Source: Patescibacteria group bacterium
Lineage (GTDB): Bacteria > Patescibacteriota > Patescibacteriia > Magasanikbacterales > GWA2-37-8
Assembly (NCBI GenBank): GCA_041649475.1
Contig: JBAZNA010000001.1
Coordinates: forward strand, 750,594 to 814,593
Length of the DNA stretch: 64,000 nt
Direction of reading: 5' to 3'
Made by a program: the position numbers and the translations under genes. The notes under the pieces are model-generated. The model ran no database searches. It worked only from the letters and a program-made list of their open reading frames with translations, and was not told the origin of the DNA. This document shows positions 1 to 9,107 of the stretch, piece by piece; the stretch's first letter is position 1, and the number at the start of each line of letters is the position of its first letter.

Positions 1-793
1 AATGGTTTTTATAGCTGTTGTACTTGATCAATTCCGACTGTGTCTGTTTATTTTTAGCCGCCGAAGTGTCTTTTAGCTCTTTTGGTCCGGCCGCGGAGCG
101 ATCATGAAAGGCCACAGCATCCAAAACCGTATAAGATTTCCAGCCGGCCGAAGCCAATCTGAAAGCCAAGTCAACATCTTCTTTATAAGATCCATAAAGG
201 TCATCAAAAATGGTTTCATCCTCATAGGCCACATTTTTTAAGGCCGACCATCTGTACATTGGCAGGGCGCCGGAAACGCCAAACACAGGCATCGCTGACT
301 TTCCAACCGGCGAATCTTGTATATCAACCACCCTCCCATTTTTAAAAACTTTAAGTCCAAGCGAATCAATGTCTTGAGTAAAGGATGTATCCAAACTATT
401 TTTTTCATCAATCGCCGAAAAATTCCATTTTAATAATTTTGGAGTGACCGCTCCCGCGTCTTGATTTTTATCCAAAAATTCGGTTAATTTTGCTATACAA
501 TCAGCCATTAAATACATATCCTGATTTAGAAGCAAAACATAATCTGAATTATTTTTTAAAAATAATTGATTATGAGCGCGGGCAAAACCGATATTTTCTT
601 TACTCTCAAAAAATTCTGTATGAACACTAAAGTTGTTCAATTGATTTTTTATCTGTTCTACAGTGTCATCCTGCGAGCCATTGTCAAAAATGTATAATTG
701 CCAATCTTTATAGGTCTGATTTCGCAGGGATTCAAAAAGAAAGGGCATATACTTTCCCCCGTTCCAGGTGACCAGTTGAATGGAAAGTTTCAT
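1..793 (-). CDS. GT2 glycosyltransferase, rhamnosyltransferase-like. The 5' part is present; the ORF runs off the window start.
   Basis: Hand translation of the reverse complement from an ATG at 793, which shares an ATGA with the upstream stop. It reads MKLSIQLVTWNGGKYMPFLFESLRNQTYKDWQLYIFDNGSQDDTVEQI..., with the GT2 DxD-region signature (VTWNG, DNGSQD). It is absent from the ORF track, probably because no stop falls inside the window. Confidence 0.6.
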   Translation of the reverse strand, partial: MKLSIQLVTWNGGKYMPFLFESLRNQTYKDWQLYIFDNGSQDDTVEQIKNQLNNFSVHTEFFESKENIGFARAHNQLFLKNNSDYVLLLNQDMYLMADCIAKLTEFLDKNQDAGAVTPKLLKWNFSAIDEKNSLDTSFTQDIDSLGLKVFKNGRVVDIQDSPVGKSAMPVFGVSGALPMYRWSALKNVAYEDETIFDDLYGSYKEDVDLAFRLASAGWKSYTVLDAVAFHDRSAAGPKELKDTSAAKNKQTQSELIKYNSYKNH

Positions 794-1563
794 ACGCCCC
801 ATTTTGTAAAATATTTAAGCATGCTGGAAAAAAATTGCCATTGTTTCCAAAGCAAATTTTGCTTCTTAAAGCTTTGCCCGACATAATCAACACAGCTCAC
901 CACCGGTGTGTACATAACCTTAAGACCCATTTTTTTAACTTCCCGACAGGTATCAACGTCTTCAAACCAGAGAAAATACCTTGGATCAAACGCCCAGCCC
1001 AACTTTTCATAAACCTTACGACGCATCAGCATAAAAGACCCGCGCACCGAATCAACCTCCTGTTCCTTGTCCGGATCAAAATTTTTATAGGTATAATGAT
1101 TCAAAACACTTGGAAATATATGCGGAATTTTTAAAAAAATAGCCAGCTGATTCCAAAAATTGGGAAAACGTCTGGGTTTGGCTTTCTCATTAAATTTTCC
1201 ATTTTCATCAACCAATTTACAACTGGCCAAACCCACATCAACATGTTTCCGCATCCAATCAACCATAACATCCAAACTGCCGGCTTGGACGCGCATGTCC
1301 GGGTTTAAAAAAAGCAAAAACTCGCCTTGGGCGAGCTTCGCGGCCTGATTATTGGGATACCCAAAACCGGTGTTTTTACCCTCTTTTATCAGCTTAACTT
1401 CAGAAAAATTTTGTTCAATAATCTCAACCGTTTTGTCAGCAGACCCGTTATCGGCAATAATCTGTTCAAAACTAACATTTTGACAGCCGCTTTTTACGGA
1501 TTTGATTTGTTCAGTTATCAAATCAGCCGCATTCCAAGTAACGGTAATAACACTTAAATCCAT
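790..1563 (-). CDS. Family 2 glycosyltransferase (GT-A fold)
   Basis: MDLSVITVTWNAADLITEQIKSV...IIADNGSADKTVEII is a GT2 N-terminal signature. Its stop overlaps the start of the downstream GT2 as ATGA. Confidence 0.75.
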   Translation of the reverse strand: MDLSVITVTWNAADLITEQIKSVKSGCQNVSFEQIIADNGSADKTVEIIEQNFSEVKLIKEGKNTGFGYPNNQAAKLAQGEFLLFLNPDMRVQAGSLDVMVDWMRKHVDVGLASCKLVDENGKFNEKAKPRRFPNFWNQLAIFLKIPHIFPSVLNHYTYKNFDPDKEQEVDSVRGSFMLMRRKVYEKLGWAFDPRYFLWFEDVDTCREVKKMGLKVMYTPVVSCVDYVGQSFKKQNLLWKQWQFFSSMLKYFTKWGV

Positions 1564-1564
1564 A

Positions 1565-2641
1565 CTATTTCTTTAGTTGTGCTTTAAAGAAGTCAACAAA
1601 TGGTATGGCGGTTGGGTCAATCCCCTCAAGCATGGCGCTGTAAAAACTGACATAACTGCTTAACATTAAGACCTCACAGACCTGCCCCAGCGGCTTTTTT
1701 TCAACGCATTTATAATCCAAATAATTAATACCATTTTTTGTTAAAACCTCGCGCGTCACCGTGTATCTTTTTTGCACCCGTTTATCATATAAATCGGACT
1801 CCAAGAGCACAAATCTCAACTCCTGTTTATTTGCTTCCGGATAAAGCATACCCTCCATCAAATGGTGGTTGAGTTCGGGAATTATAAAATAGCCGGCGAA
1901 TCTCTTCGCATTCTCATTCATCTGGTTGGCGGCAATATGGACACTGCCGGACAAATGTTCGGACGCAACATACCAGACCGTCTTATTTAAAAGTTTTATT
2001 GCAAACTGTTTGGCCGGATTACTGGCCTCCGGACTTCCCACACCAAATTCTTTTTCATAAAAAGCGATATGTTTTTTGATGTTATCTATTTCCTTTGCGC
2101 CAATTTTTAGTAACTTCAATTCAGACAACATGGCCATCTGACCAAAAATGGAATAACCCAAACCCATGCGCGGTGAATTTGAGGGATTAAATTCAGTTGG
2201 AAAAACCAAAGCCGGTATTTTGTTTTTCTTGGCCCAAAACGCCAGAGTACCGCCGGCGGAAATTACAATGAGTTTTGCTTTTCTGGCTTTGGCCTCTTGA
2301 GCGGCGCTGATTATCTCTTCTGTGGTTCCGGAATAGCTGGAAGCAATAACCAGTGTATTTTTATTTACATATGCCGGCAAATTGTAATGGCTGACAATTT
2401 CAATTGGCTGTGCCAGTTCTTTTTTAAATAATTCTTTAATCACATGCGCGCCCAAAATTGATCCGCCCATGCCAAGGACCGCAATATTATCAATCTTTTT
2501 ATACGCGGCCGGGATTTTTAATTTTTTGGCCACATTCCAAACCTGTTCTATCTGTTTACTAAAAAGCTCTATACTGCCCAGCATGTTTTTGGAGTCCAGC
2601 TTCTTAATTTCATTTTTGTTATCAAGAATTGTTTGGCTCAT
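1565..2641 (-). CDS. Bifunctional phosphoglucose/phosphomannose isomerase (SIS-domain PGI/PMI family)
   Basis: Two SIS-like segments (IAVLGMGGSILGAHV, LVIASSYSGTTEE); the length and motifs are typical of the archaeal/CPR bifunctional PGI/PMI family. Confidence 0.55.
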   Translation of the reverse strand: MSQTILDNKNEIKKLDSKNMLGSIELFSKQIEQVWNVAKKLKIPAAYKKIDNIAVLGMGGSILGAHVIKELFKKELAQPIEIVSHYNLPAYVNKNTLVIASSYSGTTEEIISAAQEAKARKAKLIVISAGGTLAFWAKKNKIPALVFPTEFNPSNSPRMGLGYSIFGQMAMLSELKLLKIGAKEIDNIKKHIAFYEKEFGVGSPEASNPAKQFAIKLLNKTVWYVASEHLSGSVHIAANQMNENAKRFAGYFIIPELNHHLMEGMLYPEANKQELRFVLLESDLYDKRVQKRYTVTREVLTKNGINYLDYKCVEKKPLGQVCEVLMLSSYVSFYSAMLEGIDPTAIPFVDFFKAQLKK

Positions 2642-2662
2642 ACAATTTGTTTAATTCTTATT

Positions 2663-3499
2663 TTATTGTTTTGCCAACTTATATTTCTCCAAAACATCCC
2701 TCACCGCTTCCTTCACCGGCCGCATCCTAATCCCTAATTTTTCTAAATTTTCTGAAGATAAAATCGTGTTAGACCTGGTTTTTTTGGCCAGCCCTTCGTT
2801 CACCAATTCCTGGGCCGTGATCCAAACATTAGTATGGTTCGGGTCAACAATTTCATTATACATCTCTATAATTTCTTTATGTTTTATTGAACCCGGATTG
2901 GTGACATGAAAAATTCCGGTTGCCCGCTTTTCTAAAAGTTCGCCAAAAACTTTAACCATATCATCAACTATGGTCACGCTGTTTTCTACATCTATCACGC
3001 GCGGGAAAGAAGCCAATTTGGTAATCAAGTTGGCTGGCGAGGGCTGGCTGTCTATCGGCATCCTGATTCGGGCAATACCGACATTAGGCAGGGTGGACAA
3101 AACCAAATCGGCCGCGTATTTACTGCGGGTATAAACTGCCGACGGATTGGCCATATCGCTTTCTTTCCAGCCCTTAGGATCGGAAGAATAGCCATAAAAA
3201 ACACAGCCGGTGCCCATATGTAACAAGTATACGCCCTTTTTCTGACAGGCCTCGGCAATCATAATCGGCAAAGTAGTGTTACCGGCTATGGTTTCAAGCT
3301 GATGGTCTTCACACCAGTCAACATTGGGCTTACCAACTATTCCGGCCGCGTTTAAAACCGAATCCGGTTTATGTTCGTCTAATAAATCCTCAACATCTTT
3401 AACTGAATTTAAAATCTTGCCTGACAAAATCGCCTCCGGCCAGGCCTGCGCGCATCTTGTACCAAGAAAACCATTACCGATAATCAAAACTTTATTCAT
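2663..3499 (-). CDS. NAD(P)-dependent sugar-nucleotide reductase/epimerase, RmlD-like (possible dTDP-4-dehydrorhamnose reductase)
   Basis: MNKVLIIGNGFLG Rossmann N-terminus and a YxxxK catalytic motif (AVYTRSKYAA). Its 278 aa length matches RmlD, and it sits next to rmlB. Confidence 0.5.
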   Translation of the reverse strand: MNKVLIIGNGFLGTRCAQAWPEAILSGKILNSVKDVEDLLDEHKPDSVLNAAGIVGKPNVDWCEDHQLETIAGNTTLPIMIAEACQKKGVYLLHMGTGCVFYGYSSDPKGWKESDMANPSAVYTRSKYAADLVLSTLPNVGIARIRMPIDSQPSPANLITKLASFPRVIDVENSVTIVDDMVKVFGELLEKRATGIFHVTNPGSIKHKEIIEMYNEIVDPNHTNVWITAQELVNEGLAKKTRSNTILSSENLEKLGIRMRPVKEAVRDVLEKYKLAKQ

Positions 3500-3502
3500 A
3501 AT

Positions 3503-4510
3503 TTATCGTTCTTTATACTGTTTTTTATAATAATTCAAATATTCTCCGCTTTTTAATTTTTTCCACCAATCCGTGTTATTTTTATACCACTCAATTGTTT
3601 CTTTTAAACCGGCTCTAAAATCCTTAACCGGCTCCCAGCCCAAATCATGAGTTAATTTATCATGGTTTATAGAATACCTGCGGTCGTGCCCGGCCCGATC
3701 TTTCACCGGCTCAATCATTTCCTCGCCCAAGCCCATTTCCAATAAAATTAATTTTGTCAGTTCAACATTCTGTACTTCATGCCCGGAACCGATATTATAT
3801 ATCTCGCCAACGCCGGCCTTGTGCAAAATCAAATCTATGGCCCGGCAATGATCGCTGGTATGAATCCATTCGCGCACATTTTTGCCGTCGCCATAGAGCG
3901 GTACTTTTTTGCCTTCCAACAGATTAGTTATAAACAAAGGAATAATTTTTTCCGGATATTGGTTGGCGCCGTAAAAATTACAGCTATGCGTGACAATAAC
4001 CGGCGTGCCGTAGGTGACAAAGTAAGCCCGGCACAGATGGTCTCCTCCGGCCTTAGACGCCGCATACGGGCTATTAGGCGCGAATGAGGACTCTTCGGTA
4101 AAGCTCCCCTGGTCAACACTGCCAAAAACCTCATCAGTAGAAATCTGAATCATTTTTTGCAAGCCGAATTTTTTAGTCGCTTCCAGCAAATTATATGTTC
4201 CCAAAACATCGGTTCGCAAAAAAGCATCCGGATCCATAATTGACCGGTCAACATGCGTTTCGGCCGCGTAGTTTATAATCACGTCAATCTTGTTTTCAGC
4301 CACGGCTTTTTCCACTTCCGCCGCGTTACAAATATCCCCTTTTACAAATTTATATTGGCCATTTTTTTCCACTTCGCGCAAATTCTCCAAATTGCCGGCA
4401 TAGGTCAGTTTATCAAAATTTACCACAAAATAATCCGGATATTTTTCCAGAATGTATTTTATAAAATGTGAACCCATGAATCCTGCCCCTCCGGTAATTA
4501 AAATCCGCAT
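3503..4510 (-). CDS. rmlB: dTDP-glucose 4,6-dehydratase
   Basis: MRILITGGAGFMGSHFIKYIL...NFDKLTYAGNLENL...YAAETHVDRSI...SPYAASKAGGDHL matches RfbB/RmlB closely along its whole length. Confidence 0.85.
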   Translation of the reverse strand: MRILITGGAGFMGSHFIKYILEKYPDYFVVNFDKLTYAGNLENLREVEKNGQYKFVKGDICNAAEVEKAVAENKIDVIINYAAETHVDRSIMDPDAFLRTDVLGTYNLLEATKKFGLQKMIQISTDEVFGSVDQGSFTEESSFAPNSPYAASKAGGDHLCRAYFVTYGTPVIVTHSCNFYGANQYPEKIIPLFITNLLEGKKVPLYGDGKNVREWIHTSDHCRAIDLILHKAGVGEIYNIGSGHEVQNVELTKLILLEMGLGEEMIEPVKDRAGHDRRYSINHDKLTHDLGWEPVKDFRAGLKETIEWYKNNTDWWKKLKSGEYLNYYKKQYKER

Positions 4511-4513
4511 AAA

Positions 4514-5611
4514 TTATATTTTACTTTGTTTACTAATATTAGCCACAATACCAAAAGCAGTCAAGACCACCAGTAACGCCGAACCGCCATGGCTGATAAA
4601 CGGCAAAGGCACGCCGGTAAGCGGTAAAAGCCCGATTATGGCGCTAATATTCAAATATGACTGCCATAGAAACCATATCATAATACCACTGGCGAGTAAA
4701 CGACCAAACTGGTCAGGCGCCCCTTTGGCGATTTTAAGCCCCCGAAATCCCAAAAACGCGATCAACACCACTAACCCGGCGGAAATAATAAAGCCCATCT
4801 CTTCGGCAATTACCGCAAAAATTGAATCGGCTTGCACCTCGGGCAAGTACTGATATTTTTGCCTAGAATTACCCAGGCCCAAACCAAAAACTCCGCCGGA
4901 GCCGGTAGCCAAATAGGCCTGGTTAATTTGGTACCCAATTCCTTGCGGGTCCAACTCCGGATGCAGAAAAGTGGTCAATCTTTGCACCCGATAAGGACGA
5001 AGCAAAAGCAAACCCGCAAAAATCACCGCCCCGGCCAGACCAATAATGAGCAGGTGCGATTTTTTTACGCCGGCCAGATACAGCATCAAAAATACGGTTA
5101 CAATTAAAATTGACAGGGTACCGACATCCTGGGCCGCTATGATCAAAAAAAATGGAGCCACAATCGCCAAAACCGGTAAAAGCCCGGTCTTCCAATCTTG
5201 CAGGTTCTCTTTGGCTGATAAAAGCATTGCTAAAATTATTACTATCGCCAGCTTGGCAAATTCCGAGGGTTGGAAACTGAAACCCAGAACGTTAATCCAG
5301 CTTCTGGAGCCGTTTATAACCATGCCAATGCCGGGAACAAACACCAGTATTAACAAAACCAAAGCAAAAAAATAGATCAACCAGCTTAATTTTTTCCAAA
5401 TCTGAAAATTCAAATGTCCGGCAATAATAAAAAAGATGATACCCGGTATCAGCCCCAATAAAATTTGTTTTTTAATAAAATAATAAGTATCCCCAAAATT
5501 AGCGTAACCGACCGGGGCGCTGGCCGAAGCCAGCATAATCAGACCGAAAATAACCAAAGTAAAAGTCAGCAACAAAAACAGCTTGTCCGCTTTTTTTTCA
5601 CTGTTTGGCAT
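4514..5611 (-). CDS. ftsW: SEDS-family peptidoglycan glycosyltransferase (FtsW/RodA/SpoVE)
   Basis: About 10 predicted TM segments; the conserved periplasmic-loop motifs read ...AYLATGSGGVFGLGLGNSRQKYQYLPEVQADSIFAVIAEEMGFI. Confidence 0.75.
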   Translation of the reverse strand: MPNSEKKADKLFLLLTFTLVIFGLIMLASASAPVGYANFGDTYYFIKKQILLGLIPGIIFFIIAGHLNFQIWKKLSWLIYFFALVLLILVFVPGIGMVINGSRSWINVLGFSFQPSEFAKLAIVIILAMLLSAKENLQDWKTGLLPVLAIVAPFFLIIAAQDVGTLSILIVTVFLMLYLAGVKKSHLLIIGLAGAVIFAGLLLLRPYRVQRLTTFLHPELDPQGIGYQINQAYLATGSGGVFGLGLGNSRQKYQYLPEVQADSIFAVIAEEMGFIISAGLVVLIAFLGFRGLKIAKGAPDQFGRLLASGIMIWFLWQSYLNISAIIGLLPLTGVPLPFISHGGSALLVVLTAFGIVANISKQSKI

Positions 5612-5614
5612 AAC

Positions 5615-5998
5615 TCAAAGATTTAACCGGACCAACAGCACAACCCCGACCGTTAAAAAGATATGAAAAAACAAAACCCAAAAACTTAACAGCCGGGCTA
5701 AAAATTTATCCGATCCGTAAAATAAGAAAGACAAAAAATAATTTACCAGCAGAACCAACAGGCCGGCCAGGGGCAAATAAAATATTTTCCACCAATCACC
5801 GACCAGATCAACTCCGAAAATAATATTATAATGCAAAAAAATCTGCCCGGAATCGGGATGAATATTGGCAATTAAATCCCACCAGATATATATTTGAATC
5901 AAAATAACGCTGATTATCGGCACCGAAATCCACAGGTCTTTTAAATACAATCTTGGCGAATAAAACATATTAAAGGATATTTGGCTAAGTGTTGACAA
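5615..5998 (-). CDS. Small integral membrane protein of unknown function
   Basis: 127 aa with 3 hydrophobic segments and no recognisable motif. The true start may be an internal Met, because the 5' end overlaps the rpmA promoter. Confidence 0.3.
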   Translation of the reverse strand: MSTLSQISFNMFYSPRLYLKDLWISVPIISVILIQIYIWWDLIANIHPDSGQIFLHYNIIFGVDLVGDWWKIFYLPLAGLLVLLVNYFLSFLFYGSDKFLARLLSFWVLFFHIFLTVGVVLLVRLNL

Positions 5999-6020
5999 TT
6001 ACTTAGGGATATATTATACT
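5992..6020 (+). promoter_or_regulatory. Sigma70-type promoter, TTGACA-17-TATACT, upstream of rpmA
   Basis: TTGACA at 5992-5997, a 17-nt spacer, then TATACT at 6015-6020, about 37 nt upstream of the rpmA ATG. Confidence 0.45.
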
Positions 6021-6056
6021 ATTTTTACCAAATAATCAATAATAATTTAGCATAAT

Positions 6057-6329
6057 ATGTCACATAAGAAAGCCGGCGGTTCCACCCGGTTGGGTAGGGA
6101 CTCAAATGCCCAGCGTTTAGGCGTTAAATTACATGATGGTCAGGCCGTAAAAACCGGCATGATTATTGTGCGCCAGCGCGGTACGCGCATAAACCCCGGA
6201 AAGAATGTCAAAAAAGGCACTGACGACACCCTGTTTGCCGTAGCCAATGGCAAAATAAAATTCAGCCAGCACAAAAAGATGAGTTTTAACGGCAGTTTAA
6301 AACCGGCAAAGTTTGTCAGCGTGGTGTAA
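6057..6329 (+). CDS. rpmA: 50S ribosomal protein L27
   Basis: [51 protein letters not shown]...[12 protein letters not shown] closely matches the L27 (rpmA) N-terminal consensus along its length. Confidence 0.9.
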   Translation: MSHKKAGGSTRLGRDSNAQRLGVKLHDGQAVKTGMIIVRQRGTRINPGKNVKKGTDDTLFAVANGKIKFSQHKKMSFNGSLKPAKFVSVV

Positions 6330-7707
6330 AACCCTTCAAAAATGGAGAACCGACAGCCAGAATATCATACCCGGCTGTTTGTAATTTTTGGTAGCTATGA
6401 GAAACCATGCGCCGACCGTCCGCGATTACAAACGGCGGCGGACAAATTTTTGTGATCAGCTGATCCAAGGTGCTAAATTGGGGCCAGTCAGTTAAAATAA
6501 AACAACCGTCCGTATTCGCCAGCGCCTCTTCCTCACTTTCACAATAACTAAAAACCGGATTAGACCCGGCCCAGGATTTAAATTGTTCCACACAAGCCGG
6601 ATCGTAAACTTTAATCTGCCCCGCTCCATCTTTCATCAATTTTTCAATAATCATAATCGCTCCGGAATTACGTATATCGCCGGTATCACGCTTAAACGAA
6701 AGCCCTAAAACGGCTATTTTTTTATCCTTGACCGAAAATCCGGCTTCTTTGATCACGCGATCGTAAAAATGATCCCGCTGGAAACAGTCCCCTTCCAAAA
6801 CTTTTCTCATTTGCTCGGTATCAACCCCCGCTTTTTCAAGTTGGCGGGACAGGGCGGACGTGTCTTTCGCCAGACAACTGCCGCCGGCATAAAAGCTATT
6901 ATAGAATCCATATCCGCCAAGGCGGCGATCGGAGACGATGATTTTCCTAAGCATTTCAAAATTTATTTTTGATAAGGATTCACTTACTCTTCCGACCACG
7001 TTAAAAGTGGTAACTAATCGGGAAAGTAAAATATAATTTGATAAAAGCTTTCCAGCCGCGGCTTCGCGCGTATTAACTTCAATATAATTTACGCCCGGGG
7101 AATAATAAAAACGCTGATAGTAAGCCCTCATTATTTTGAAATCCTCTTCCTTGGAGGCGCCGACCACTACCCTGTCCGGACTGAATGAATCTTTAATTGC
7201 CTGCCCCTCCACCAAAAATTCCGGATTGGAAACAATGCCAAAATTTTTGACCCCGGCTTGCGTCATGTCCGCTGACGCAATTTCGGGCGTGTCTATCGGC
7301 ACTGTGCTTTTGACCACCACCGTGATGTACTTTGTTTGTGCGCCAAGATTTCTCTTAAGTAACGCCTCCATCAGTGCCCGGAGTGCCTCATAAAACATGG
7401 ATAAATCATATTCCCCGTTTTCACTTATCGGAGTCGGCACGCAGATAAAAAGCAAATCCGCATCGTCAAGATGGTGTGTAAACGCCTGATAGTCATCTAA
7501 AAACGTCATCCTCTTTTTGTTCTGGGCCACCAGGCCGCCAAGATCCTGCTCAAATAAAAACTTTTCAATCTTATCTCGGTCAAAGGTGTTAAAAGCGGAA
7601 ATTTTTTCCTTATTCGTGTCATAAACCACAACCTCATGGCCGAACTTGGCCATGACTGCCGCGGAGGCCGCGCCAACGTATCCGGCGCCGATATATAGTG
7701 CCTTCAT
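6316..7707 (-). CDS. Nucleotide-sugar dehydrogenase (UDP-glucose/GDP-mannose 6-dehydrogenase family)
   Basis: [30 protein letters not shown] is the N-terminal NAD-binding fold of the UDP-sugar dehydrogenase family, and the catalytic Cys region reads GGSCLAKD. The start is set at the internal Met at 7707, which makes an ATGA overlap with the upstream stop, rather than the track start at 7758. Confidence 0.75.
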   Translation of the reverse strand: MKALYIGAGYVGAASAAVMAKFGHEVVVYDTNKEKISAFNTFDRDKIEKFLFEQDLGGLVAQNKKRMTFLDDYQAFTHHLDDADLLFICVPTPISENGEYDLSMFYEALRALMEALLKRNLGAQTKYITVVVKSTVPIDTPEIASADMTQAGVKNFGIVSNPEFLVEGQAIKDSFSPDRVVVGASKEEDFKIMRAYYQRFYYSPGVNYIEVNTREAAAGKLLSNYILLSRLVTTFNVVGRVSESLSKINFEMLRKIIVSDRRLGGYGFYNSFYAGGSCLAKDTSALSRQLEKAGVDTEQMRKVLEGDCFQRDHFYDRVIKEAGFSVKDKKIAVLGLSFKRDTGDIRNSGAIMIIEKLMKDGAGQIKVYDPACVEQFKSWAGSNPVFSYCESEEEALANTDGCFILTDWPQFSTLDQLITKICPPPFVIADGRRMVSHSYQKLQTAGYDILAVGSPFLKGFTPR

Positions 7708-8537
7708 AGAGCATTCAAGATTAAAGCGATAGCCAGCCGAAATTTTATCCCCGTCCAAATAAAAAAACTGACAACCGGATTGTATTTTTTATAAAAATGT
7801 TTTTTCCAATAAAGCCACATCGCCTCATAAAAATTCGCAATGGATTTTGTTTTGCGTTTTTTCGTGCTGGACCCGCCCAAATGCACTATCTTGGCATCGG
7901 CAACGTAAACCGTCTTCCAACCTTTGTCCAGAATTCTTTTGCAAAAATCCAAATCCTCGCCGTACATAAAAAACGTTTCGTCCAACCCGCCGATATCTAC
8001 CCAAACCTTGCGCCGAAACATCATGGCCGCGCCGGAAAGGGCTTCGGTTTCTCCGCTAATGTCCGGACTGTCGTTCATTCTTTTATAGGCGGACAATTTT
8101 CCCAAGCCGAACAAATGCATAAACGAGTTTAACGGGTTGGGCAGATTCCGACGGCAAGCGTGTTGAAAAGTTCCGTCAGAATTAAGCAAACGCGGTCCGA
8201 CCATCATCACGTCCGGATGCGTGTCCAAATAATTCACCAGTTTACCAATTGCGCCATCCTGGACAATCACATCGCTGTTTAGGAGCATCAGATAATCACC
8301 CGAGGCCAGAGCCAGCGCCTGGTTGTTGGCTTTGGCAAATCCCAAATTATCGTCATTTTCAATTAAGCGCACTTGCGGGTATTCCTTTTTTAGACGGGCC
8401 ACGCTGTCATCCGCAGAATGATTATCAACCACAAAAATTTCAAAATCAAGCCCTGGGGTCTGCTTATAAACCGAAGCCACCGACTGTATGGTCAACTCGG
8501 CCGTGTTCCAGCTGACTATGATTACTGACAACTTCAT
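7704..8537 (-). CDS. Family 2 glycosyltransferase
   Basis: MKLSVIIVSWNTAELTIQSVASV...FVVDNHSADDS is the GT2 signature. Confidence 0.75.
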   Translation of the reverse strand: MKLSVIIVSWNTAELTIQSVASVYKQTPGLDFEIFVVDNHSADDSVARLKKEYPQVRLIENDDNLGFAKANNQALALASGDYLMLLNSDVIVQDGAIGKLVNYLDTHPDVMMVGPRLLNSDGTFQHACRRNLPNPLNSFMHLFGLGKLSAYKRMNDSPDISGETEALSGAAMMFRRKVWVDIGGLDETFFMYGEDLDFCKRILDKGWKTVYVADAKIVHLGGSSTKKRKTKSIANFYEAMWLYWKKHFYKKYNPVVSFFIWTGIKFRLAIALILNAL

Positions 8538-8548
8538 AAGGAATAAAT

Positions 8549-9100
8549 TTATTTGACCAAGGTCACGGAAACATTACAGGCCGGAAATAATCTTGACCAG
8601 CCGGTAGCTTCATAAATCATCTGGGCGCGCGGCCCCAGATTGACCAGCCACTCTAAAACCGGACTCAAAAAAAACACGGGTGAATCGTGCTCAAATATGA
8701 TCTTGGCCTCGGATAATTTTTCAAAAACAAAATCAAAATAATAAGGGCGGCTATCATGGTGGTATGAATTCTTAACAAAAAAATTAAAGGTGTTAATGGA
8801 GAACATTCTCTTATGAGTTGGATCAACGAAATTGAACCGGGAAGTGAAATGCGGAACGCGAATACGCAGCACTCCTCCTTTTTTTAGAATCCGATACAAA
8901 TCACGTAAAACTGGCATGTAATCTACATGCTCTAAAACGTCCTGACATAAAATTTCATCAAATTGTTCATCCGAAAAAGGGAGCGGGAGTTGGTTAACAT
9001 CATGAACAATATCAACACCCGGCAGGGCGGAAATATCTAAATTAACCCATCCGGGCAATATATTGGTTCCACATCCTAAATTTAATTTATTGACTGACAT
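8549..9100 (-). CDS. Class I SAM-dependent methyltransferase
   Basis: LNLGCGTNILPGWVNLD...CQDVLEHV (SAM-binding motif I and post-I), Methyltransf_11/23-like. Confidence 0.6.
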   Translation of the reverse strand: MSVNKLNLGCGTNILPGWVNLDISALPGVDIVHDVNQLPLPFSDEQFDEILCQDVLEHVDYMPVLRDLYRILKKGGVLRIRVPHFTSRFNFVDPTHKRMFSINTFNFFVKNSYHHDSRPYYFDFVFEKLSEAKIIFEHDSPVFFLSPVLEWLVNLGPRAQMIYEATGWSRLFPACNVSVTLVK

Positions 9101-9107
9101 GGCTCAA

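Noticed and set aside
835-1134. Many short plus-strand or antisense ORFs in the track lie wholly inside long minus-strand genes, for example 835-1134, 3779-4087, 4452-4853, 14431-14847, 40638-40988, 42072-42476 and 62622-62837.
   Set aside because: Each is nested in a different frame inside a long motif-bearing CDS and none shows a recognisable motif. They look like spurious overlapping frames, not genes.
5999-6056. Short AT-rich gaps such as 5999-6056, 21112-21125, 27820-27864 and 63881-64000 inspected for tRNA, small RNA or riboswitch.
   Set aside because: All are under 120 nt, with no cloverleaf-compatible complementarity or conserved riboswitch motifs that I could recognise by eye. They are probably just promoter or RBS spacers.
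7708-7758. 17-aa N-terminal extension of the UDP-sugar dehydrogenase (MDGDKISAGYRFNLECS).
   Set aside because: The internal Met at 7707 forms an ATGA overlap with the upstream stop and begins directly with the [15 protein letters not shown]-binding motif.
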